IMG/VR virus record: IMGVR_UViG_3300007106_000008
Coordinates: 1-64,000 of that record
DNA length: 64,000 nt
Reading direction: 5' to 3' (one strand)
From: a virus
The translations under genes were made by a program, and so were the position numbers. Numbering within the stretch: the first letter of the stretch is position 1; every line of letters begins with the position of its first letter. Shown one piece after another: positions 28,515 to 35,794 of this stretch. Under the pieces are notes generated by a model that made no database searches, was not told where the DNA came from, and worked only from the letters and a program-made list of their open reading frames with translations.

Positions 28515-28531
28515 TAGGGATTAGAACCCTA
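28515..28531 (-). other. tRNA T-arm look-alike (TAGGG-TTCTAAT-CCCTA on - strand)
   Basis: Perfect 5-bp stem with a 7-nt TTCNAAT-type loop. The putative acceptor strands GACCAGA/GATGGTC pair at only 5 of 7 positions, and the body is too short for D and anticodon arms. Confidence 0.3.
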
Positions 28532-28745
28532 ATCTCGGTAGTTAACCGCGCATTTGCCTCATGCTACTCTGGTCATTGATGATACCCCTTAGCTAATACA
28601 TGGTAGGGGTCACACCACGGTCGTTTGATTACCAGGACGACTCACTCCTGACTGACTTATAGGCTATTACGCCGCCATCAGAACAACATTATCGTTTGCA
28701 TTTATGTTAATGGTTCGTTTCTAAAAAACCGCATAATCGCTTACG

Positions 28746-28825
28746 AAAACTATCAAAGAGTACACTCGCTCGAATGGTTAAGAAGAAAGCTTTTCCATCT
28801 CCCCAGTAAATGTACTCTTTGATAG
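28746..28825 (-). terminator. 15-bp perfect inverted repeat with 46-nt loop, followed by TTTT on the - strand (internal terminator or processing hairpin)
   Basis: ctatcaaagagtaca (28750-28764) pairs with tgtactctttgatag (28811-28825). aaaa at 28746-28749 gives a U-tract only for - strand RNA. The loop is centred on an AAAGCTTT palindrome. Confidence 0.5.
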
Positions 28826-29012
28826 AATGTTTAATAGTGCAGGTGCAACCTGCGTACCTATCGGATGATGACAATAGGCGTGTTGGTGATGACGCCTCGT
28901 TTTAACCCCGTACCCTGCTGGATAACCATACTCATCTCTCCAGCTACACCCGCACCGTATCGCTACACCGGGATAGGTCTTGTTCATCTGATTATAGAGT
29001 TGCTGCTCTATG

Positions 29013-29054
29013 TATAATCACTAGCTTCACAGCGCAAGCACTCTAGTGATTACA
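29013..29054 (-). repeat. 10-12 bp hairpin
   Basis: taatcactag (29015-29024) pairs with ctagtgatta (29043-29052). The next pair is A.C on + but G.U on -, followed by one more Watson-Crick pair. Confidence 0.55.
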
Positions 29055-29140
29055 TTTGGTTGCTTCAACTGGGTTTTAACCCCAATATCGCTAATTAATA
29101 GTCAGGTACTTTACCCGTTAACTAACTCCCCAAGAACTAC

Positions 29141-29170
29141 TTTATACTAAAAACTTATCTGCTCAATCAA
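29141..29170 (-). promoter_or_regulatory. Sigma70-like promoter candidate reading into the ORF-free segment
   Basis: - strand TTGATT (29170-29165), 18-nt spacer, TATAAA (29146-29141). Begins immediately after the stop codon of the 29171..29419 gene. Confidence 0.35.
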
Positions 29171-29419
29171 TTAATTTTTACTTAATTCTTCATCTAGCAT
29201 AGTTCTGAATTGGTAAATAGTTACGGCAGGCAAATTATCATTACTAAGCCGAGAAAAGACTTGTTTGTTCTTCTCATTAGTACAACGAGCCGAAACTATT
29301 GCTGCACAACGTTTAACTGCTGAATCCACTGGTTCCTTGTACTTAATAGCCATCATCATAGCTAGCTCACAAGATACCAGTGAATCTAAGTATTCTATAC
29401 CTGCATTAACACTAAACAT
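29171..29419 (-). CDS. Hypothetical protein
   Basis: 82-aa ORF, last protein-coding gene before the ORF-free segment. Confidence 0.55.
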   Translation of the reverse strand: MFSVNAGIEYLDSLVSCELAMMMAIKYKEPVDSAVKRCAAIVSARCTNEKNKQVFSRLSNDNLPAVTIYQFRTMLDEELSKN

Positions 29420-29479
29420 ATCTATCCCTAAATTAACCTTAGTAATTACTACACTGGTTCATATTTTAATTAATAAGGT

Positions 29480-29511
29480 TAGTGGGCAGGGGAGAGTATT
29501 CCTGCCCACTA
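29480..29511 (-). terminator. 11-bp perfect hairpin (terminator-like / RNA-stabilising)
   Basis: tagtgggcagg-(10 nt)-cctgcccacta. Weak U-tract on the - strand (accttatt). Confidence 0.45.
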
Positions 29512-29515
29512 GTTG

Positions 29516-29677
29516 CTAATCTGGCGGCTTGCCACCACTGTCTTTACCACTGCACTTCCAAAGGATAAGTACAGTGATGATAAATGCTATGTATGGAGCC
29601 GACACGTCTATCAACCTAATCAGTAGTAACATCAGAATGATAAACACTACCACACCTAGCAGTAGCTTTTGAGCCAC
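29516..29677 (-). CDS. Small two-TM membrane protein candidate (53 aa, GTG start; not in ORF track)
   Basis: My translation is VAQKLLLGVVVFIILMLLLIRLIDVSAPYIAFIITVLILWKCSGKDSGGKPPD. An alternative start is the internal ATG (38 aa). No convincing SD. Confidence 0.35.
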   Translation of the reverse strand: MAQKLLLGVVVFIILMLLLIRLIDVSAPYIAFIITVLILWKCSGKDSGGKPPD

Positions 29678-29685
29678 CTACCAGA

Positions 29686-30159
29686 TTAACGTTTGAGGCC
29701 AGCGAACAGAGATGGTTTAGTAGTTGCAGGTTTCTCTGCTTCCACTTTCTCTTGAACCACTTCCTCTACTACTGTTTCTTCTGTGACAGTTTCTGCCTCA
29801 GCTTCTTCTTCTTCCAGTTCCTGAGTAGGTTCTGTTTTTGCTTCCACTTTGGTAGCTTGTTCAGCTTCCTGCGTAGAATTCTCGCTCACTCCACCAGTAG
29901 AAGTCTGGATTTCGTTTCCCGTCAATGCTTCTTTAGCTTCAACTGGAACGTGTTTAGCTTCGGCAGCATTACGACGTTGTCGACGCTTACGTTCTACCAC
30001 GGGTGGACTATCGTCTGAGACAGCCTCTTCGTTGATAGTGACTAGTACAGTACCATCATCATTGAAAGTTACATGAGCATCCCCAGTTACAACAACTAGA
30101 GTATCAATGTGGGCTTGTACCAACTGTTCTACTTCAGCTTGGTTCAAAGTAATTTGCAT
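29686..30159 (-). CDS. Acidic low-complexity protein (N4 gp47 position)
   Basis: 157 aa, Glu/Thr/Val-rich, with a basic patch ERKRRQRRN and a C-terminal PSLFAGLKR tail. Confidence 0.65.
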   Translation of the reverse strand: MQITLNQAEVEQLVQAHIDTLVVVTGDAHVTFNDDGTVLVTINEEAVSDDSPPVVERKRRQRRNAAEAKHVPVEAKEALTGNEIQTSTGGVSENSTQEAEQATKVEAKTEPTQELEEEEAEAETVTEETVVEEVVQEKVEAEKPATTKPSLFAGLKR

Positions 30160-30162
30160 GGT

Positions 30163-30720
30163 TTATACCTTTGAATACAATTTCATAATTGTTTGAAATG
30201 CTGGGGTTAATACCCCTGCATGAATAGCACCGATGGCATCTGCTAAGTGCTCATTTTTATTGAGCAGTTTACCTTTCCCATCTCTTAACCAGTTAGTATC
30301 AGGATAGAGTGCAGTTGCAGATTTAATCATCGAATCCTTCGATGCTGTTTTATTTCCTGTGAGAATCAGTTTGTTCTCACTTGGATTCACCTCAATTAGC
30401 TGAACCCCTGTTGCACGAAATGCACCCAGAATGCCAACACATACACCGTATGATTTCATTCCATTGGCACTCTGTGACCCAACTGGTACTTCAACGAAAA
30501 CTACCTTTGCCCACTTGAACCATTCTTGTACTCCACTAGCAATTTCTTCACAGCGATTTATATCCTTACTGTTCTGACGGACTTGCTTAGTGTCATCTGG
30601 TTTGGTTTCAATTAGGAGTAGTTCTACGTTTTCAAAAATACCTGTTTCTAGGTCAAGCATTCCCCGTGCTAATCCCCAGTTACTTAAACTTGGGTCACAG
30701 CCTAGTACGGGGATTTTCAT
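30163..30720 (-). CDS. RuvC-like Holliday junction resolvase (N4 gp46 position)
   Basis: N-terminal MKIPVLGCDPSLSNWGLA matches the RuvC first catalytic Asp motif. C-terminal HLADAIGAIHAGV matches the RuvC last motif. Confidence 0.7.
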   Translation of the reverse strand: MKIPVLGCDPSLSNWGLARGMLDLETGIFENVELLLIETKPDDTKQVRQNSKDINRCEEIASGVQEWFKWAKVVFVEVPVGSQSANGMKSYGVCVGILGAFRATGVQLIEVNPSENKLILTGNKTASKDSMIKSATALYPDTNWLRDGKGKLLNKNEHLADAIGAIHAGVLTPAFQTIMKLYSKV

Positions 30721-31514
30721 TAAGCTTTCTTACCGAACAGTGATTTGCTACCAGCCGGAGAAGCAGAATTACCAGCACCTGGTTTAGGAGGAGTACCGCC
30801 TTTACCGTTACCACCGGTAGTTTTGTCACGGGTTTTGCCTTTGTTCTTCTCCAACCATGCAGGATAGAACACAGCCAGTTCCTTGGTGAGTTCTTTCTCA
30901 GCAGCCTCAGCTTCACGAGCTTCTACTACTGTAACCAGTAACTCAGGGTGGAACAGCTTCTGGATTTCATTCACTTCACGGGTTTCCCCATTATCGTGAT
31001 ACTTACCATCGTCACCTTTGGACTGTTTAGATTCGATAGTTTTTTCCAGAGCAAAGGTAACTTCCTGACCAATGAGTTCAATTGGAACCATGACAGATTT
31101 ATTGATTTCTGCCTTCTGTTCGAAATCGTAGACTTTAACAATCTTCTCTTCGAAATCAGCTTCGAATAGTTCCTGACCAGTTGCTAACAGCATCATGTCA
31201 TTAATGACAGTGAATCCTGGTAGATAGTATTCTTTACCGTTCTTCTCGTAAGTAGGCTTATTGCCTTTTTCCTTACCAGAAGTGAAGTAGACTTGAGCAC
31301 GTAACTCACCAGCAGCAATGCCGTCAGAGTTCTTCATATCTTCTATAATAATTTGCATCCAGTCTGCACCGGAGTCAGCTTTACCGACATATGCAACTTT
31401 GACATTACCGGTATAAATATCAGTTTCTTTAGCACCGAAACTACCACCCAGATTGTCTTGGGTTTTCTCAGCTTTTTGAGTTTGTTCTTTTAGTTTACCG
31501 AACAGTGATGACAT
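30720..31514 (-). CDS. N4-type single-stranded DNA-binding protein (gp45-like)
   Basis: 264 aa (N4 SSB is about 265 aa). Sits immediately downstream of the gp44-like ATPase gene as in N4. Call rests on synteny and size. Confidence 0.65.
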   Translation of the reverse strand: MSSLFGKLKEQTQKAEKTQDNLGGSFGAKETDIYTGNVKVAYVGKADSGADWMQIIIEDMKNSDGIAAGELRAQVYFTSGKEKGNKPTYEKNGKEYYLPGFTVINDMMLLATGQELFEADFEEKIVKVYDFEQKAEINKSVMVPIELIGQEVTFALEKTIESKQSKGDDGKYHDNGETREVNEIQKLFHPELLVTVVEAREAEAAEKELTKELAVFYPAWLEKNKGKTRDKTTGGNGKGGTPPKPGAGNSASPAGSKSLFGKKA

Positions 31515-31554
31515 AATGTTTTTCCTAATAAGTTATTAACAACCAGGCAAACGC

Positions 31555-31974
31555 TTAAGCGTAATATTCAGCCAAGTGGTCGAGCAGTTTCTGGGCGTCA
31601 TTATCAATAAAAGTCTCTGACTTTTCGAACATGCCCATTGGGGAACGAAGACGTTTACCTACCGACTTCTTAGTTGGACGAGTTTGAAATACGTGCTTAT
31701 AGCCTAAGTCACGTTCTTCATCCGTAATATCCAACATCTTATTGCCATACTTCTCCAGTTCCTTAATGTCTACACGTTCTGCATACACTACGGTTGAGAA
31801 GTAAGCTTCAATGCCATTATTCTTCAGTGAACCTTTCACCGGAATAAACGTCTTCATAACACCTGCTGCTTCATCCAGTTCATCTTTGGCATGAGCAATA
31901 ACAATTACAGGCTTATTAAACTTAACGACTTTCTGCTGAAGCAGAACCTTGAAGAACTGTGCAAAATCACCCCA
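31555..31974 (-). CDS. gp44-like AAA/RecA-fold ATPase, exon 2
   Basis: Continues WGDFAQFFKVLLQQKVVKFNKPVIVIAHAKDE..., the typical post-Walker-B region. The first 19 codons of the tracked ORF (MQTQVKLLGV...) are intron sequence. Confidence 0.7.
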   Translation of the reverse strand, partial: WGDFAQFFKVLLQQKVVKFNKPVIVIAHAKDELDEAAGVMKTFIPVKGSLKNNGIEAYFSTVVYAERVDIKELEKYGNKMLDITDEERDLGYKHVFQTRPTKKSVGKRLRSPMGMFEKSETFIDNDAQKLLDHLAEYYA

Positions 31975-32768
31975 CGATATGTTCAAGAGTACACGCAACC
32001 GTACCCCCAGCAGCTTTACCTGCGTCTGCATGTTTCCATGCAGTCCAGACTATATCTTCATCCATGCCTTAGCACTAGGATGCTGACTGCTTCGAGCAGC
32101 ATTAGCTTCTGCCCTACTTCCTCTCGGAATAGTCGTTGCACCTTACTTATGTTTTTGGATTGCATGAGGCAACCCATGAGTGAGTATGTAGTTATTTCTG
32201 GCATCCAGGGCTTCTAGCTCTGTGTCAAAATTACCTACAAATATTCTTTCATTACCATTACAGATTCTTGCAGACCACTTCTGCTTAGTTGTATTTAAAC
32301 CAATGCCTAAGTAGGTAGCCTTGCTTGTCTTACGCTTTCTTGAATTAATGGCTTGAGTGGTTCTACTAGCCCACCTCAAATTGCCTGGGATGTAACCCTT
32401 ATTTCCATCAATTCTATCTAATGTAAGCCCTTTAATTAATCTGTCTGAGTATCCAGGTAACTCTTCCAGATACTTAGCGAATACAGTGAAGTCACTAAAC
32501 TCTTCTGCACGGGTAATTCCAATTGCTCCATAGTTTTGATAACTAATGTGCTTTGGATTTGTACATCTCTGCTTAATGGTTAACCACACTGTATACAGTG
32601 GGTGTAACTCATTACCGAAACGTTTCTTACTCATTTTGTAACTCCGTCAAATAATAGCCGGAGAAAACATAAGTCTTGGCTCAGGATTGCCCACGTCTTT
32701 ACGTTTGGGGTTTCCCTGAATTCAATCAGTTATCATTAACCATTACTGATTAACGGGCCTTAAAATTA
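31975..32768 (-). mobile_element. Group I intron (794 nt) in the gp44-like ATPase gene
   Basis: - strand elements: 5' splice site after U (aaggcu|uaa, in-frame stop right after the junction). P-like GAATTCAGGGAA (32712-32723), Q-like CAATCCTGAGCC (32679-32690), R-like GGTGCAACGACTATT (32128-32142), S-like GATATAGTCTG (32046-32056). Ends in G at 31975 (ugaacauaucG|ugg). Confidence 0.75.
32143..32634 (-). CDS. HNH-AP2 homing endonuclease (intron-encoded)
   Basis: HNH_3-like LDRIDGNKGYIPGNLRWASRTTQ plus AP2-like YLGIGLNTTKQKWSARICNGNERIFVGNFDTELEALDARNNY. Confidence 0.85.
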   Translation of the reverse strand: MSKKRFGNELHPLYTVWLTIKQRCTNPKHISYQNYGAIGITRAEEFSDFTVFAKYLEELPGYSDRLIKGLTLDRIDGNKGYIPGNLRWASRTTQAINSRKRKTSKATYLGIGLNTTKQKWSARICNGNERIFVGNFDTELEALDARNNYILTHGLPHAIQKHK

Positions 32769-33104
32769 AGCCTTCTGAGTGTTTGCTGACGGAAGTACAT
32801 ACTGAGATTCCAGCATATCCATCATAAAGGTGGCTGAGTCAATGATAATACCATCGATTTCATTTGCCATATGCCCACCTGGGGATGCTGCATCAAATGC
32901 TTCCCAGATTTGGTAAGGGTCTTCAATGTTGAATGATTTGAACTTATTACGAAATGGTAATCGTTTACCTGCTTCCGTGTTCAAATAGAACCAGCGTTCT
33001 TGGTTACGTAAATTACGTAATGATGCTGACTTACCACTAGCTGAGAATCCTGCAATTAGGACTAGCTGAGTGTTCATGTCATTAGCAATTAATTCTTCGG
33101 ACAT
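32769..33104 (-). CDS. gp44-like AAA/RecA-fold ATPase, exon 1
   Basis: Walker A LIAGFSASGKSAS. The ORF stops one codon after the proposed splice junction. Confidence 0.75.
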
Positions 33105-33159
33105 TTCTATTCCTCAGTTAAATGGGAGTCCTTCAAACCAAAGAAAGACTCCCTTTTAC

Positions 33160-35322
33160 TTATTTACTATTAGCAAACTTCTTTGCCACAGTTACTAATA
33201 CAGTGGAATTTAATTCATCGTCTGGTAATGGATTAGATAATTTCTTATTGAATTCCATTACGGATTTCTGAATCTGATTAAAATCCCAACCACTGTCTAG
33301 TAGTGCCAGTGCGTATTTAATCATCTGGTTATTTCGATTACCGGATGCAATACGTCCAGCAAACCAACGTTCCAGATTATCCAGAGATTGAACTTCCTTC
33401 ATCTGATTTCGGAATTGCTCATTTTTACTGGTTCGGGGAATGAAATCACGAACATCAAGTAATGGTGCATCCGAGTTCATGAATACCTCACCTGTCTCAC
33501 AAGACATCCATTTCTTGGCCCGTTGATTAGCAGACTCGTCTGTTTCAAATGGTAACCATGCCATTACGTTATTCATGAACTCTTTATACTCTTCGGTATC
33601 TAGCTGTAGTTCATAATTCATTGGAAGAATGAGTCGGAAACGGTTCTCTTCTTCAGTATGACGTTTGGTGGTATAAGTCATGAACTTATAATCTTTCATA
33701 AGTTCCTGGCACGTACTTAATGGAACCCCACCATCACAGTCAATAACAATCATGTTAAAGCCTGCAATCACGTTTTCTTCAGAACGATGTCCATTCTTAA
33801 CGTGGTGATTAATCCAGTGAACTCCCCCAGCAGTGGCTAGTTCCCCAAGATCAGCAAATGGTGCTTTCACTGGTTCATAGTTGTAAGCGAAGTTATCACT
33901 GTAGGCCAAAATCATCTCATCAAGGTTAGTCTCTTTCAGGGTTTCACCTCGAAAGAATTCAATACCTTCATTGAATGATTTCTTGATAATGATGTGTTGC
34001 TTATATCCCCATGCTGTTGCCAACGTCATCATTTCATTACGTGCCGCATTACCACTTTTATAGAACGGAAGTGACTCCAGTAAGTCTGCATGAGTAACTT
34101 CTTTACCTACTGATGCAATATAACGAGCCAGTTTCACGTAAGCTTTTTCACGATTAAGGATAATCTGAAATGCTGCACCAGATTCTTCAACCAAAAGAAT
34201 AGCTTGGCGTAAATGAATCAGTTCTACATATGAACTCTGGTCTACGAATGCTAGTGCTCCAGCAAGTTTTAGTGCCTTAAAGTAACGATGAGATATCTCA
34301 GCCTTACGAATTTCTTCGTGGTCTGCCATACCTTCAGCTAAGCGTTCGCAGGCAATCTTATAAACAATCAATTCGATTCCTACTGCATCTTCGACAATCA
34401 TTTTAAAACCGAATAAGTTCGGGTCTGCTAGGTCGTGGAACTTATTAGCCCATTTGCTTACAGCCGCAGTATTATCCTGCTTGGTTAAATTATGATAAAT
34501 CTCTTCAGCAGTTAAGGTGTTATATGCTTTACGGTCTACTTGCCCAATGGCGAATAAACAACGGCGAGCATAGCCTGTATCCAAGAAGTCATAGAATTGG
34601 TCTTCAGTCTGACTACCATCCAGTAATTTACTTGGGGTACCAAATAAAAGCAGATTGGTTGGGGTCTTGCCATCCAGTTCTTCCCCCCTCTGACTTTCGG
34701 CAGTGTTCTTAGTCAATTTCTGCTTAACCTTACCCTGGTCATATAACTCTAAGAATAAGTTCAACACATCGACGTTGGCTAACAAGTTAGAACCAATTTC
34801 ATCTATTTGTAAGTTAATAGAACCACAACCTGCCATTAAAAGTTTATGGCGTAATTGTTTAACAGCAGGTGGGGTACCTGAGTCAAATGTGAACGGAAAT
34901 GCACCAGCACGTTTATACTCAGCTTCTACTTTATCGAATTCTTCCTGTTGGTCAGTCCCTTGTCGGGCTGAACGTTCGTTTGCAATTTTCCAAAGACGGT
35001 CGTTAGATATAACTGGCATCGTGTCTTCCATAAACCGTTTACGGAAACCAGTCATAAATCCATCTTCAATAATATTTACGGAGTGACCTTTACCGAAGCC
35101 AGACGTTGCTAATGCCATAGCATAAATGTTGACTGGTAAGTCACCACGGTCTTTAGTGACAATGGTTGCACCCATACTGGATGCCATTTTAGCCAGAAAA
35201 TAGGCTACCTCGACTTGGAAGAATCCCCGGTCATTGTTTTGAGTTCGATTACAAAGAACATCCACTATTTCTTCTATAGCAGGGTGGTGGGTCACCCCAG
35301 TCAGGTCATACATGGTTTGCAT
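33160..35322 (-). CDS. N4 gp43-like replication protein (putative primase/helicase)
   Basis: 720 aa with P-loop-like ATSGFGKGHS and C-terminal IVIDCDGG acidic motif. Position between the gp42-like and gp44-like genes. Confidence 0.55.
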   Translation of the reverse strand: MQTMYDLTGVTHHPAIEEIVDVLCNRTQNNDRGFFQVEVAYFLAKMASSMGATIVTKDRGDLPVNIYAMALATSGFGKGHSVNIIEDGFMTGFRKRFMEDTMPVISNDRLWKIANERSARQGTDQQEEFDKVEAEYKRAGAFPFTFDSGTPPAVKQLRHKLLMAGCGSINLQIDEIGSNLLANVDVLNLFLELYDQGKVKQKLTKNTAESQRGEELDGKTPTNLLLFGTPSKLLDGSQTEDQFYDFLDTGYARRCLFAIGQVDRKAYNTLTAEEIYHNLTKQDNTAAVSKWANKFHDLADPNLFGFKMIVEDAVGIELIVYKIACERLAEGMADHEEIRKAEISHRYFKALKLAGALAFVDQSSYVELIHLRQAILLVEESGAAFQIILNREKAYVKLARYIASVGKEVTHADLLESLPFYKSGNAARNEMMTLATAWGYKQHIIIKKSFNEGIEFFRGETLKETNLDEMILAYSDNFAYNYEPVKAPFADLGELATAGGVHWINHHVKNGHRSEENVIAGFNMIVIDCDGGVPLSTCQELMKDYKFMTYTTKRHTEEENRFRLILPMNYELQLDTEEYKEFMNNVMAWLPFETDESANQRAKKWMSCETGEVFMNSDAPLLDVRDFIPRTSKNEQFRNQMKEVQSLDNLERWFAGRIASGNRNNQMIKYALALLDSGWDFNQIQKSVMEFNKKLSNPLPDDELNSTVLVTVAKKFANSK

Positions 35323-35794
35323 ACTCTCCGTGAAGTTTGTTACGTAATTCGGTAGCTACTGCAATAGCAGTATCTAGGTCGGCGTGTCTGCCTCCCCAAT
35401 GAGTTTTGTAGTTAATACAGACCTTAACCATCCATTTGGAGGTTTTCTTACACCAAAACACACCTTTAGCACCTGATGTATTATCGCAATGCTTGGGCGT
35501 ATTAAACCTATTCTGAGATTCAGTCGCTTCCCTTAAATTATCAATAAGGTTATTCGACGGATTTCTGTCCTTGTGCTCTATGAGGGATGGTATGGTTCCA
35601 TGGTGTAAGAACCATACCATTCTATGGCATTTGAGCAGTATTCCTTTGCCCTTACCTACGCGTACTAACCAATAACCTTTACCATCGAGGGTTCCAACTT
35701 CTTTCCCGTTTTTTCGTATGCAACTATGAGAGGTGGGGTCATAGGACAACTCTAATGTCGCCTGTTGGTACACCTCAATTGGTATTAATTTCAT
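35306..35794 (-). CDS. Free-standing HNH-AP2 homing endonuclease
   Basis: IEHKDRNPSNNLIDNLREATESQN (HNH_3-like) plus AP2-like GVFWCKKTSKWMVKVCINYKTHWGGRHADLDTAIAVATELRNKLHGEYA. The ATG at 35794 overlaps the upstream stop (ATGA). Confidence 0.85.
   Translation of the reverse strand: MKLIPIEVYQQATLELSYDPTSHSCIRKNGKEVGTLDGKGYWLVRVGKGKGILLKCHRMVWFLHHGTIPSLIEHKDRNPSNNLIDNLREATESQNRFNTPKHCDNTSGAKGVFWCKKTSKWMVKVCINYKTHWGGRHADLDTAIAVATELRNKLHGEYANHV

Larger units (their letters stand above)
27855..29140 (-). ncRNA. ORF-free hairpin-dense segment; candidate structured non-coding RNA(s), class unknown
   Basis: Only one 69-codon ORF in about 1.3 kb of an otherwise densely coding genome. Contains long stems of 20, 15 and 10-12 bp. 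Non-Watson-Crick positions become G.U only on the - strand. U-tract terminators and a sigma70-like promoter are oriented on the - strand. Confidence 0.45.

Noticed and set aside
28508-28580. Possible - strand tRNA anchored on TAGGG-TTCTAAT-CCCTA
   Set aside because: The acceptor pairs at only 5 of 7 positions. The body is about 5 nt too short for D plus anticodon arms. Position 57 of the loop is a pyrimidine, and no 7-nt anticodon loop with U33 is present.
28839-28853. Hairpin GCAGGT-GCA-ACCTGC as a fourth vRNAP-type promoter
   Set aside because: On the + template the loop centre is a pyrimidine. On the - template the flanks lack the CC-N3-AG context shared by the three good sites, and position -9 differs.
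28778-28987. 69-aa ORF on the - strand, the only tracked ORF inside the 1.3-kb gap
   Set aside because: It has no SD and an odd composition (His/Cys/Gly/Tyr-rich). It starts in a region of hairpins and runs through the right arm of the 15-bp inverted repeat. One ORF of this length is about what chance predicts for 1.3 kb in six frames.
31975-32031. N-terminal 19 codons (MQTQVKLLGVRLRVLLNIS) of the tracked ORF 31555..32031
   Set aside because: This stretch is the 3' end of the group I intron (it contains the conserved TGAACA...G tail). The real coding sequence resumes at WGDF.
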